DNA of 49,500 nt from positions 1 to 49,500 of IMG/VR virus record IMGVR_UViG_3300048599_000494. One strand, given 5' to 3'. The notes beneath the pieces were generated by a model. That model ran no database searches, was not told where the DNA came from, and saw only the letters and a list, made by a program, of their open reading frames with translations. This DNA is from a virus (taxonomy: Duplodnaviria; Caudoviricetes). Positions 16,757 through 26,035 of the stretch are shown one piece after another; positions within the stretch are counted from its first letter, which is position 1, and each line of letters begins with the position of its first letter. The position numbers and the translations under genes are program-made.

Positions 16757-17476
16757 TCAGTTGATCGCGCCGCCGCCGACGCCGCCGTACCCGCCGTCTT
16801 CGACGCCACCGTAGACCGGACCCCCGGTCGAGTCACCATCCCCGATCATCGCCGCGGTGTACGAGTCGTCCGCGTTCCCGCTCCCCGCCGGCTCGAGCTC
16901 CAGACCGAAGTCCTGGGGCAAGAGCATGATGAAGTCCTCCTGGGCGGGCGGGGCGGCGCCGAGCAGCGTCATCACGTCGACCGCGTACGGGTCCTCCCAC
17001 TCGACCGCGTCGTCCGCGATCGCCGAGTCTCCGACGTAGCCCCCGACCATCATGAGCGACCACGGGTCCTCCGGGTCGGGCGGGTCGGGGTCACCGTCGA
17101 CCTGCTCGGTGCCGGGGAGCATCTCCGCCTGGAACCGGACCACCCACCGGCCGAGCGATCGGGGCGAGAGCGGGGTATACCGCGGGAGCCCGACGATCCG
17201 CCAGTCCGCGACGTTCCCCGTGCTCGGGCGCGTGAGCTCGAAGGGCAGGGCGCCGCCGGCGATCGTCTCGAGGAAGAACGCGTCGAACGTCTCCCACTGC
17301 TCCTGGGTGAAGTCGAAGGTGAACTCGGCGACGCGCACGTTGGCGGAGTTGCGGCGGCGGACCTTGTCGGGCCCGGCCGACACCGCCGTCCTCAGCGTGA
17401 GGTCCGGCGGGGTCTCCTGGTACTCCTTCAGCCGGGGCTCCGGAGGGAGCGACACCGGCCACACCGCGTCTGCCAT
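16757..17476 (-). CDS. Distal tail protein (lambda M-like) with acidic C-terminal extension
   Basis: WPVSLP..RTAVSAGPDKVRRR..FDAFF..GGALPF; follows the tape measure gene. Confidence 0.8.
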   Translation of the reverse strand: MADAVWPVSLPPEPRLKEYQETPPDLTLRTAVSAGPDKVRRRNSANVRVAEFTFDFTQEQWETFDAFFLETIAGGALPFELTRPSTGNVADWRIVGLPRYTPLSPRSLGRWVVRFQAEMLPGTEQVDGDPDPPDPEDPWSLMMVGGYVGDSAIADDAVEWEDPYAVDVMTLLGAAPPAQEDFIMLLPQDFGLELEPAGSGNADDSYTAAMIGDGDSTGGPVYGGVEDGGYGGVGGGAIN

Positions 17477-17488
17477 GATGCGCCCACA

Positions 17489-19543
17489 CTAGCGCCCCGC
17501 GGCTCGCCGGCGTAGCCCGAAGGAGTCTGCCATCGTGCGATCGACCGAGCCGTCGCTCAGCGCCCGCTTCATCTCGTCGCGGATGAGCACGCGCACCGTC
17601 TGGCGCCCGTCGGGGCCCTGGTGCGAGGTGACCTCCGGCCGGGAACCCGATCCCCGCTGATCGATGACCTGGACGGAGACGTTCGCCGGCGTGGACTTCA
17701 CGCCGAGATCTCCGCCGATCTTCCGCAGCGGGGCGAACGCCCACTCCGGGTGCCCGGCCTCGGCCGCGACGGCGCGCATCGCCGGGAAGTGGGTCCGCTG
17801 GTTGAGCACCATCCCGCGGGCGGCCTTGTGCACGGGAGGCCGAGCCTCGAGCACGCCGCCGCGCGCGAAGCCCACGCTCGCCTCTGCCACCGCGCCCTGG
17901 ACGTCGGCCCCGGGGGACTGCGAGAACAGGTTCCCGAACCCGGCGCCGAGACTCGTGAATAGGGGCTTGAACACCAGGGCCTGCGCCGCCATGGAGAGCA
18001 GCGTCTTCGACCACGACTTGGCCAGGTCCTCGAGGTTCATCTTCCCATCGATGGCGAAGTCCGCCAGGGCGTCGCCGGCCGAACCCGCGAACCCCGTGAT
18101 CGCCTGGGTGCCGTTCTTCGCCAGCTCGGCCATCCGCTCATCCAGGACGGCGACCTTCTCCGCCGCGCCGCCGGCGGCGTCCGCGATCCTGTCGAAGCCG
18201 GTCATCGCGTGCCGGGACAGCGCCCCGCTCACGTCCAGGAGCCGGTCGGCGTTCGAGACGAGCTGCCCGAGCCGCAGCGAAACTCGCCCCACGCCCACGT
18301 TCCACTGCTCAAGGAACTTCGATTCCGTGAGGTCGGCGAACGGGTCCGCGTCCCGGAGCGCCTCGAATCCCCGCTTGGCCGCGTTGATCCCGTCGTTGAA
18401 GGGCTTCAGCGCGGTGTAGATGCTCATGGTGAGCCGCGGGAACACCGTGGCCATCGCGCCCGCGGCCGTCTCGAGGGTCGCCGAGAGGGTGTCCAGAATC
18501 GCGATGTTGAACCCCTGCTGGAACTCGGACCGCAGCATCGGCCAGGACGCCCGCAGCATGTCCACGACGATCCCGTACGCGCCGCGCACGGCGAGCTCGG
18601 CCGTCGCCTTGACCAACTTGCCCATGTCCTGCAGCACGACGTTCAGCTGGTCGACCAGCGGCCCCTTGCCCTCCGAGAGCACCTGGACGGCCACCTGGAC
18701 GCCGCGCTCGACCACCTCGGGCACCGCGGCGATCGCCCCAGCTACCGCGTTCGCAGCCTTCTCGAGGTCAGGGGCGATGCGGGTGAGGACGTTCACGCGC
18801 AGCCCCAGGAGCGCCTCCTCGATGCGCCCCACGGCGTCGTTGTACGCGGTGAGCTTGGCGACCTGGTCCTCGGTGAAGATGACGCCGAGCCGCCGCGCGC
18901 GCTCGATCTGGATGGTGAGACCGCGGACGAACCCCTCGCTCTCCTTCAGCCAGGTCACGAACTGATCCCCGCCCCCGCGCCCGAAGAACTTCTCCGCCAG
19001 GCGGAGCTGCTCGGCCGAGCTCCCCGCGGACTCGATACCCCGGGCGATCGCCGGGAGCAGCTCCGAGAAGTTCTTCACCTGGCCGTTCGCGTCGGTGAGC
19101 TGCACCGCGAAGGCGCCGACCTGCTCGACCAGCTGCCCCTTGTCCACCATCTCGGCGACCACGCGCGAGGCCTTCCCCGCCATGGTCGCCAGCTTCTCGA
19201 ACTCGACGCCCGATTCCTTGGCCGCGAACCGGAGCCCGGAGAGCTCCTCGGAGGACACCCCGAGCCGCTTGGCGGCCTTGCCCAGCTTGTCCACCTCCTC
19301 GGACGCGGCGTTGAACCAGTGCACCAGCCGGGACGCACCCACCGCGGCCACCCAGCCCACGAAGATCGTCTGTGCCGCGGAGATCGCGCGGCCGATCCGC
19401 TGGAAGCTGGCCGCCACGGCCGCAGCGTGACGGGTGGCCACGCCCTCGGAGCGCTGCAGCTGGCGCTCCATCCGGCTCAGGCCCGCCATGAGGGGCCCGG
19501 TGTCGCCGGTGATCACCACGTCCATCTGGCCGATCGCGGGCAT
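17489..19543 (-). CDS. Tail tape measure protein
   Basis: 684-aa Ala-rich helical protein; FARGG..AEAG.PE..PLR C-terminal motif; position. Confidence 0.9.
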   Translation of the reverse strand: MPAIGQMDVVITGDTGPLMAGLSRMERQLQRSEGVATRHAAAVAASFQRIGRAISAAQTIFVGWVAAVGASRLVHWFNAASEEVDKLGKAAKRLGVSSEELSGLRFAAKESGVEFEKLATMAGKASRVVAEMVDKGQLVEQVGAFAVQLTDANGQVKNFSELLPAIARGIESAGSSAEQLRLAEKFFGRGGGDQFVTWLKESEGFVRGLTIQIERARRLGVIFTEDQVAKLTAYNDAVGRIEEALLGLRVNVLTRIAPDLEKAANAVAGAIAAVPEVVERGVQVAVQVLSEGKGPLVDQLNVVLQDMGKLVKATAELAVRGAYGIVVDMLRASWPMLRSEFQQGFNIAILDTLSATLETAAGAMATVFPRLTMSIYTALKPFNDGINAAKRGFEALRDADPFADLTESKFLEQWNVGVGRVSLRLGQLVSNADRLLDVSGALSRHAMTGFDRIADAAGGAAEKVAVLDERMAELAKNGTQAITGFAGSAGDALADFAIDGKMNLEDLAKSWSKTLLSMAAQALVFKPLFTSLGAGFGNLFSQSPGADVQGAVAEASVGFARGGVLEARPPVHKAARGMVLNQRTHFPAMRAVAAEAGHPEWAFAPLRKIGGDLGVKSTPANVSVQVIDQRGSGSRPEVTSHQGPDGRQTVRVLIRDEMKRALSDGSVDRTMADSFGLRRRAAGR

Positions 19544-19545
19544 GA

Positions 19546-19857
19546 TCAGGTCTCCACGCCGAGCGCGGCGATCGCCTTGGCCGCCAGCCGCTCGGGGTCA
19601 GGGGTGTCGACGGGGGTGGCGAGGGACGGGTACACGTCCGCCGGCGTCACCGGCGACTTCGGGTTGGCGATCGCATTTACAAGCGCGGCGGCGAGGATGC
19701 CGAACCGAAGGTCCATGCGGCGCTCCCACTCGTGGTGCAGGGAGATCATCGCCCCGAGCTCCTCGAGGGCCACGCCGCGGACCTGGGAGGGGGTCAGCCC
19801 CCAGAGGGCGCCGGCGGCGAGGCCTGCGCGCCCGAGCCCGCCGGCTGGGTAGGGCCC
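19546..19857 (-). CDS. Tail assembly chaperone, -1 frameshift extension (gpGT-like)
   Basis: The -1 frame from G GGC CCT (19857-19851) stays open to a stop just before the TMP gene. Confidence 0.65.
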   Translation of the reverse strand, partial: GPYPAGGLGRAGLAAGALWGLTPSQVRGVALEELGAMISLHHEWERRMDLRFGILAAALVNAIANPKSPVTPADVYPSLATPVDTPDPERLAAKAIAALGVET

Positions 19858-20198
19858 GGCGCCGGGGCCGCCTCGTCCCCCGCCATCGGCCCGACCATCC
19901 GACCGACCGCGTCCATGAACCCGGGCACGCACGCGACGAACGCCGGCCAGGCCTTCCCCTCGCCCGCCCACAGCTTGGCCTGGTCGGGGTGCTTGCCGGT
20001 GACCGCCGCCACGAACCCCACGACGGTCGCCAGGGGGACGTTCCGGGCGACCACCGCGGTGCCGCTCACCATCCCCGCGGCGATGTCCAGGAGCGGCCGC
20101 CCGACCTGCTCCTCGATGCGGAGGAGCGTGTCCACGTCGAACTCGACGCGGTACTCCTGGTCCAGCTTCACGACGACGGACGGGGTGGAGGTGGACAC
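19794..20198 (-). CDS. Tail assembly chaperone (gpG-like)
   Basis: Between tail tube and TMP; slippery heptamer near the 3' end. Confidence 0.75.
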   Translation of the reverse strand: MSTSTPSVVVKLDQEYRVEFDVDTLLRIEEQVGRPLLDIAAGMVSGTAVVARNVPLATVVGFVAAVTGKHPDQAKLWAGEGKAWPAFVACVPGFMDAVGRMVGPMAGDEAAPAPGPTQPAGSGAQASPPAPSGG

Positions 20199-20243
20199 GG
20201 CGCGGGCTCCGGAGGGGCGGGGCGGGCGGGAGGTGGGGACGGA

Positions 20244-20681
20244 CTACGAGTTGGCCTCGAGGATCGGCTTCCCGGTGACAACGAGGGACATCGCGGAGGT
20301 CAGGGCGCCCTTCACCGGGGCGGACTGCCCGATCGACTGGACGTACCCGCCGAACGAGATCCGCTTGGTGTACCCCGGGGGGAGCAACAGCCGGAAGTTG
20401 CGGTAGGTCCCGGCGGCGAGGTCGGCCCGGAGGCCGTTCTGCGTGGCGTCGTCCTGCAGCATGTTCACCTGGAAGGTGACGTCCGACGCCTCTCGCGTGG
20501 TGGGGATCTTCTCAGCGAACCCGTCCGCCGAGTCCATTGAAGTCACCTCTTCGAAGAGCGACCGGATCTCGGGCCCCTCGATGTCCTTGACCTCGGCGAT
20601 GGTCGTGAACACCTCGGGGGACCCGCCGTCGCCCTTCTGGAGCCGAGCCGAGAACGCCGCCTTTGCCCTGGGAGCTGCCAT
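20244..20681 (-). CDS. Major tail tube protein
   Basis: FTTIAEVKDIEGP..EVTSMDS..EKIP..VTGKP motif typical of siphovirus tube proteins. Confidence 0.88.
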   Translation of the reverse strand: MAAPRAKAAFSARLQKGDGGSPEVFTTIAEVKDIEGPEIRSLFEEVTSMDSADGFAEKIPTTREASDVTFQVNMLQDDATQNGLRADLAAGTYRNFRLLLPPGYTKRISFGGYVQSIGQSAPVKGALTSAMSLVVTGKPILEANS

Positions 20682-20744
20682 GTCCGACCTCCGTGTCGAA
20701 AGAGCTGGGGAACTGCGCCGACACTAGACCCCGCGCGGGCGCGG

Positions 20745-21179
20745 TCAAGTCTCGGCGAAGAGCGTGGTGTAGTCCTGGCGGACCCAGTGCACCTGGAACT
20801 CATCGACGTAGGACGCGTCCTCGTCCTCGAGCCAGATCCCCCCGACCTCGACGGTGTGGTCGACGCCCCGGTCATTCCAGAGGAGATCCCCCTTGTACCC
20901 GTTCAGGACGCCGCGGAGCGCGTCGGCGATGCGCCGTGCCTCGATCGCGTCCCTGGCGTAGACGTCGATCTGGTACCGCGCAGCCTGGTGGCCGGTCGCG
21001 CCGCTGTGGGTGACATCCTCCTGGCCGGAGATCTTGGTATACACGGCGCACGGGTACACGACTTTCTGCCCCTCGCGGACCTGGCGGATGTCCACGGGCT
21101 GGATCCCGCCCGGGAGGAGCGGCCCCACCGCGGCGTGGTTGCGGAGGTACCGGAAGAGCGCCGATTCAAAGCCGAGCAT
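20745..21179 (-). CDS. Tail terminator (DUF3168-like)
   Basis: YPCAVYTKISG..RYQIDVYA..ARRIADALR. Confidence 0.82.
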   Translation of the reverse strand: MLGFESALFRYLRNHAAVGPLLPGGIQPVDIRQVREGQKVVYPCAVYTKISGQEDVTHSGATGHQAARYQIDVYARDAIEARRIADALRGVLNGYKGDLLWNDRGVDHTVEVGGIWLEDEDASYVDEFQVHWVRQDYTTLFAET

Positions 21180-21805
21180 TACCGCCTCCGGGACTTCTTC
21201 GCCGCGGCCTTCTCTACCGCCTTGGCGATCTCCACGCGCAGGCGGGCGGCGATCGCCTTCTCCGCCTCCGCGCGCTTGGTGTCGTACGCCGGCCGCATGA
21301 ACGCCTTCGGCCTGGAGCCGGGGTGCTTGGCGCCCTTCTGCTCCCCGGCCGCCCCCGTCTTCCGGTCCCGGACGGTGGAGCCCCCGCCCAGCGCGTGGGG
21401 CGCCGTCCCAAACTCGACCAGGTGGGCGTAGTTCCGGGGGTACACCTTCCCGGTGATGTTCTTCGCCACCTCGCCGCGCTTGAGCAGCTTGGCCTTGACG
21501 GCCCGCCCCTTGTCGTTCACCTCGAACGCCTTCCGCTGGATGGTCACCACGGCGACGTGGCGCGTGGGCCGCCCCTTGGCGTCCTGGGATCCCTTGACGC
21601 CGCGGGTCTCCGTGACGATCGACTTCTTCAGGGCGCCGGTGCGGACGCTCACCCGGCGGCGGGCCTCGTCCCGGATGACCACCGCGCCCTCGCGTAGGGC
21701 GTTGCGCACGGCCTGCTTCGTCACCTTCGTGCCGGCCTCCTGGGCGGCCTTCACGATGTCGGAGACCCCGACGACGAACTTATTCCCGAGCACCGAGCGC
21801 GTCAC
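21179..21805 (-). CDS. HK97 gp10-like tail completion protein
   Basis: RTGALKKSI, YAHLVEFGT and HPG..AFMRPAYD motifs. Confidence 0.88.
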   Translation of the reverse strand: MTRSVLGNKFVVGVSDIVKAAQEAGTKVTKQAVRNALREGAVVIRDEARRRVSVRTGALKKSIVTETRGVKGSQDAKGRPTRHVAVVTIQRKAFEVNDKGRAVKAKLLKRGEVAKNITGKVYPRNYAHLVEFGTAPHALGGGSTVRDRKTGAAGEQKGAKHPGSRPKAFMRPAYDTKRAEAEKAIAARLRVEIAKAVEKAAAKKSRRR

Positions 21806-22167
21806 GCATCACCCCCGGCACCCACCTCGTGGGCCTCGGCGAGCAGGGCGAGCCACCGGCGCCGGCCCCGGTTGGCCCCGCCCTCGGGGACGTCCAGGAC
21901 GTCGACGATGTCGTAGGTGGAGCCGTCGAACTCGAGGCGCCAGGTCGGGTCGACGTCCGAGCGATACCGGACGGTGAACCGGCGCCGCTGGGTGGCGGCC
22001 CGCTTGGACGCGTCCGGGAAGTACGCCTCGGAGCCCGAGACCGCCTCCACCTTCGCCCATACCGGGTTGCCCGCCGGCCGATAGGACGTCGCCTGCGCCC
22101 CGAGCTGGTCCTCGAGGGCGTAGGGACGGAGGAGCTGGATCTTCTTGTCGAGCTCGCCGGCGTTCAC
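21802..22167 (-). CDS. Head-tail adaptor / head closure protein
   Basis: MNAGELDKKI..VWAKVEAVSGSE..FTVRYR..YDI. Confidence 0.88.
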   Translation of the reverse strand: MNAGELDKKIQLLRPYALEDQLGAQATSYRPAGNPVWAKVEAVSGSEAYFPDASKRAATQRRRFTVRYRSDVDPTWRLEFDGSTYDIVDVLDVPEGGANRGRRRWLALLAEAHEVGAGGDA

Positions 22168-22182
22168 GGGGCGCGACCCTCC

Positions 22183-22446
22183 CTAGACGATCGCGATGAT
22201 GCTGGTGGCAGTGGTCCCGGTCGACCACACGCGCGACGCGCGGATGGGATGGATGACGCCCGCGGCGAGGCCCACGAAGGTGACCGCGGCCCCGCCGGCC
22301 ATCGTCACCTTCACGTCACCGGAGACGCCCACGTAGAGGCCGCGGCTCGTGTCGGTGAGGTCGGTGCTGTCGCTCGGGGTCACCGCGGACGCGTTGATGG
22401 CGGGAGCGGTCAGGCCAGCGGTCATCGTGTTGAAATTGTCAGCCAT
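22183..22446 (-). CDS. Head spike base protein (RcGTA Rcc01079-like)
   Basis: PA..A.AVTPSDSTDL..RGLYVG..GDV.V..HPIRASRVWSTGTTATSIIA matches the family pattern as recalled. Confidence 0.8.
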   Translation of the reverse strand: MADNFNTMTAGLTAPAINASAVTPSDSTDLTDTSRGLYVGVSGDVKVTMAGGAAVTFVGLAAGVIHPIRASRVWSTGTTATSIIAIV

Positions 22447-22457
22447 GGGGAACCTCC

Positions 22458-23048
22458 TCAGTACAGGCGGCCGAGCGCAAACGGGCCAAGCTTCTGGCGC
22501 ATTTGCTGCTCGGCGAAAGTGGTGGGAACAGGGGACCGGTTGTCGTACATGTCGGCGACCAGCGTGAGGATGGCCACGCGGATCGCCTCGGGGACGTCGT
22601 CGGCGGCGGGGCCGTAGCCCGCGGAGTACTGCAGGTGCACGGAGCCGAGCCGCTCGCTGATCGCGGGCCAGGACTTCCCGGGCATGAGCGCGAGCTTCCC
22701 TGGCTCGGAGCCCGGGACGATCTCGAAGTCAGTCCCCTCCGCCAGGGGGGTGTACGCGGACGCATCGGGGGCCCGGTACTCGAGGGTGGTCACCGCGATC
22801 AGCGGGCACTGCGGGATGACGATCTCGGCGCCGTCCGCATCCCAGCAGCTTGGGAACCGGTCGAGCCACCCGTCCCAGGTCTGCTCGATGAACACCCGAT
22901 CGGTGTACGCCTCGGCCATCGTCCTGGCGGCCACGATGTACGCCGAGATCATGGCGTCGTCATCGTCGATTTCGACCTTCGCGTGGAGCTTGGCCTCGGC
23001 GACGGTGACCGGTTCCAGCGCGGGGTGGGTATTGATCCTCGTCCGCAT
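22458..23048 (-). CDS. Head-tail connector (HK97 gp6 / phiE125 gp8-like)
   Basis: EPVTVAEAKLH..YIVAAR..AE.YT..YSAGYG..VPEAIR.AIL..MYDNR. Confidence 0.9.
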   Translation of the reverse strand: MRTRINTHPALEPVTVAEAKLHAKVEIDDDDAMISAYIVAARTMAEAYTDRVFIEQTWDGWLDRFPSCWDADGAEIVIPQCPLIAVTTLEYRAPDASAYTPLAEGTDFEIVPGSEPGKLALMPGKSWPAISERLGSVHLQYSAGYGPAADDVPEAIRVAILTLVADMYDNRSPVPTTFAEQQMRQKLGPFALGRLY

Positions 23049-23155
23049 GCGTCCTCCTCACACACCTCGAGGTCCCGGCGGGGTGGCGACCAGCCCATAT
23101 GGCCGTCCCCCGCCGGTTCCTCGGATGCCAGCGCCACACGGCGCCGGCCGGATTC

Positions 23156-23425
23156 CTACTGGTGCACGTCGGGGGGATCGCCCTTGGGAGCGGCGGGGTT
23201 GGGTGGGGAGGTCTCGCGGCCCTTGGGGCGCTCCGTCCGGGCCGCCTTCTCGCGAGCCCCGCGGCCGGCCGCCGTCTCCTTCTGCGGGGCTGGAGGAGCG
23301 TCCACGGGCTCGGCGAACCCGCCCGCGATGAACTCCCGAGCCTGCGCCTCCGGAAGGTCGTGCACCTCGCCCGACCGAAGGACGCCGCTGGGACCGGCAC
23401 AGAGGGACCGCATCTTCACGCGCAT
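23156..23425 (-). CDS. Small head-region hypothetical protein
   Basis: GEVHDLPEAQAREFIAGGFAEP motif common after capsid genes; AGGAG RBS. Confidence 0.7.
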   Translation of the reverse strand: MRVKMRSLCAGPSGVLRSGEVHDLPEAQAREFIAGGFAEPVDAPPAPQKETAAGRGAREKAARTERPKGRETSPPNPAAPKGDPPDVHQ

Positions 23426-23463
23426 GGGGAGCTCCTCGAGGGACGCGAGCGGACAGGCGGGGA

Positions 23464-23748
23464 CTAGGTCCCGGCGATGATGCCGGCCCCCCGGCACGCC
23501 GCCAGGAGTGTGTTGTACTTGTCCGCCAGGTCCCGGAAGTTGTTGTTGAGGGTGGTCTGGTTGAACGCCCCGCCGACGTCCGCGATGGTGCCGTCGGCCG
23601 TCCCCACGGAGACCGCCAGGTCCGCGATCGCGGACGCCTGCACGCCGTTCGCGGTGACCGCCCCCCCCTGGAAGTCGATGGTGGCCCCGCTGCCGACTAC
23701 GAGCTTCGCGCCCCCCTGCTCCACCCGTAACGCCGTGTTCTCGAACAT
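23464..23748 (-). CDS. Head fibre/decoration protein
   Basis: QASAIADL..DLADKYNTLLAACRGAGII trimerisation-like ending. Confidence 0.7.
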   Translation of the reverse strand: MFENTALRVEQGGAKLVVGSGATIDFQGGAVTANGVQASAIADLAVSVGTADGTIADVGGAFNQTTLNNNFRDLADKYNTLLAACRGAGIIAGT

Positions 23749-23818
23749 CGCCGCCTCCGTCCGTGAAGGGCCCGCCCCGCCGCCGCCACCCTAGACCCCT
23801 CACCCCTGGAAGGCCAAA

Positions 23819-23848
23819 GCCGCGGGGGCCGTTCCTGGCCCCCGCGGC
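23819..23848 (-). terminator. Intrinsic terminator-like hairpin
   Basis: GCCGCGGGGGCC-6nt-GGCCCCCGCGGC followed by TTT on the minus strand. Confidence 0.55.
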
Positions 23849-23881
23849 GTGTAGAGATTGCGCCGTCCATGGCGCCGCCGA

Positions 23882-24331
23882 TTAAGCGGTGCCTTCGGCC
23901 GGGGTGGCGAACAGCTCGCGCCCCGCCACCGTGGAGTGGAGAGACGCCGGGCCGGTCCGGAGGTTGTGCTTGATGGCGGTCACGGAGTCGATAACGGCGT
24001 TCCCCGTGGCGCGGTTGACCACGCACCGGAGGTACCGCTTCCCGGGCCGCACGATGGTCGCCTGCAGGATCTTGTTGTTGTCGGTGGTCGGGGTGAGGAC
24101 CGCCGACTTCGAGCCCTCCAGGTCGGTCCAGTCGTCGGCGACGCCGTTGTCGCTCGACTGCTGGATCTTGATGTAGGTGTCCGCCGAGGCGGAGATCGCC
24201 CCGAAGGTGGCGATGAAAGTGACGGCGTCGCAGTCCTTGCAGTCGACGCTGGCGGAGTTCTGCACGCTGGTGCCCGCGGCAACCGCGTTCATCACGCGCT
24301 CCACGGAGTGGTTGTTCATGAACGATCGCAT
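23882..24331 (-). CDS. Capsid cement/decoration protein (jelly-roll type)
   Basis: IKIQQSSD..WTDL..KRYLR motif; directly after the major capsid gene. Confidence 0.72.
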   Translation of the reverse strand: MRSFMNNHSVERVMNAVAAGTSVQNSASVDCKDCDAVTFIATFGAISASADTYIKIQQSSDNGVADDWTDLEGSKSAVLTPTTDNNKILQATIVRPGKRYLRCVVNRATGNAVIDSVTAIKHNLRTGPASLHSTVAGRELFATPAEGTA

Positions 24332-24350
24332 GGGGTCTGTCCCTTCGTTG

Positions 24351-24390
24351 GCGCCGGCCGGGGGGCCCGACGGCCCCCCGGCGCCGGCTG
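24351..24390. terminator. Strong hairpin downstream of the major capsid gene
   Basis: CCGGGGGGCC-cgac-GGCCCCCCGG. Confidence 0.5.
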
Positions 24391-24458
24391 CACTTCACGG
24401 GTGTCAAAGCATGGGGGTGGGGTAGACGCTCAAGGGGGAGAGGACGCCGCCGCGGGGC

Positions 24459-25796
24459 TCAGGCGAGCTTGACGCGGGCGAACGCTTCCTCGACCGCCGG
24501 CCCGCCGTCCACCTTGCGGCGGACGAGGTAGGCGATCTGGTTCTGGAGGGCGTAGGTCTCCTGGAGCACCTGCATGCCCAGGTCGAGCCCGTCGACGATC
24601 CAGTAGTAGTTGAACGCGCCGAGGATGCCCACGTACTGCCCGGTGGTCAGCGTCGAGGGGATCCACTCCGACTCGTTCACCGGCATGTCGAGCAGCCGGT
24701 CCGGCTCGCCTGCGACCACCGAGGGCTGCCAGAGGTACTGGCCGTTGCCGTCCTTCAGCTTGCGGATGAGCGCGATCAGGGTGCGATGGAACATCCACTC
24801 GGCCGTGCGGCGGTACATCTGCTTCAGGTGGAACTTCGCGGCGATCAGCCCGTCGACGGTGGGCGCCGTGGTGTTGTTCCCGGTGGAGACGTCGCGCGAG
24901 GTCGAGATTCCGTCGCTGGACGCAGTGAAGAGGCCCAGGGGCTGCCCGGCGCCGGAGCCGGAAATGAACCCCTGCTCCTCGAGCTCCGCCGCGTCGCGGG
25001 CGATCTCCTGGCGGACGATCGACTCCGCGCTCATCACCGACGAGCGGAGCAGGTCGCGCGAGACGGGGACCAGACCCGTCATGTAGTGCGGCGACAGCGA
25101 GCGCTTTCCGAAGCGGAGCGACGTGTCGGCCGTGGGGGTGGTGAGCTCGCCGCCCCACGCGAACGTCGCGGTCTTCGCCGTCCGCCGCGGCGCGCCGATC
25201 GACTGCGCCGACGTGGTGAAGAGCCGAGCCTTGGACCGGATGAACACCTGGTCATCAAGGTCCTTCAGGAGCTCACCGACCCACTCCTCCGGCGCGACCA
25301 GGAAGCCGCCCTGGACGTCGATGTCGGACTGGAGCGCCCGCTGCTCGCCGACCAGCACAGACCGGAAGGCTTCCCGGTACTCGGGGGTGTGGCGCCGGTG
25401 CTCGGCGGATCCGGGAAGATACCGGAACTCGGCCACATCGCGGCTCCCGCGGCGGCGGAGCTCCCACCGGTGAACGCGGCCGGGCTGGGCGCCCCGAGTG
25501 TCGCGCGGCTCTTCCCGCGGTCCGGCCGGGTCGCGGCCCGGGGTCTCACCGCCAGCGCGGCGGCCGCGGGACTCCTCGAGCTCCCGCTCCTCGCGCTCGA
25601 GGCGGGCCTGGCGGGCCTCCTTCGCCTCGGCCGCCTTGATCTCGTCCTTCAGCCGATCCGACTCGGCGAACGCGGCGTCGACCTGGCGGGTTTCATCGTC
25701 GCTCAGGTCGCGATTCGCCTTCTTCGCGGTGTCCATCAGAGCCCGGGCATCGGCGATCGCCTTCGCCCGCTTCTCGCGCATTTCCTGCAAAGTCAT
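24459..25796 (-). CDS. Major capsid protein, HK97 family
   Basis: Coiled-coil delta domain; GGFLVAPE, GSGAGQPLG and LKDGNGQYLWQP motifs. Confidence 0.95.
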   Translation of the reverse strand: MTLQEMREKRAKAIADARALMDTAKKANRDLSDDETRQVDAAFAESDRLKDEIKAAEAKEARQARLEREERELEESRGRRAGGETPGRDPAGPREEPRDTRGAQPGRVHRWELRRRGSRDVAEFRYLPGSAEHRRHTPEYREAFRSVLVGEQRALQSDIDVQGGFLVAPEEWVGELLKDLDDQVFIRSKARLFTTSAQSIGAPRRTAKTATFAWGGELTTPTADTSLRFGKRSLSPHYMTGLVPVSRDLLRSSVMSAESIVRQEIARDAAELEEQGFISGSGAGQPLGLFTASSDGISTSRDVSTGNNTTAPTVDGLIAAKFHLKQMYRRTAEWMFHRTLIALIRKLKDGNGQYLWQPSVVAGEPDRLLDMPVNESEWIPSTLTTGQYVGILGAFNYYWIVDGLDLGMQVLQETYALQNQIAYLVRRKVDGGPAVEEAFARVKLA

Positions 25797-26035
25797 GGTC
25801 CGAACCTCCGTGCATTGGGGGTGCGCCGGAGGTCGAAAAAGGCCGCTATCGGGTGCGCGGGGGAAATCGATCGCCGGCGCGGATGTGTGTCCGCTTCCGA
25901 GCGATCCGCCGTCCGCCGCCTCGGCCGATGGGGATCACCGTCACTGCTCGATCATCAGAACGCCGCCTCGGCACCTGTGAGCACGCAGCCCGATGGGATG
26001 TGCGCCGACACTAGGCGGCGCCGGGGGAACGTCAA
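25797..26035 (-). promoter_or_regulatory. Capsid promoter and ~210-nt structured leader
   Basis: TTGACG-16bp-TAGTGT; RBS-occluding hairpin; duplicated 12-mer. Confidence 0.6.
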
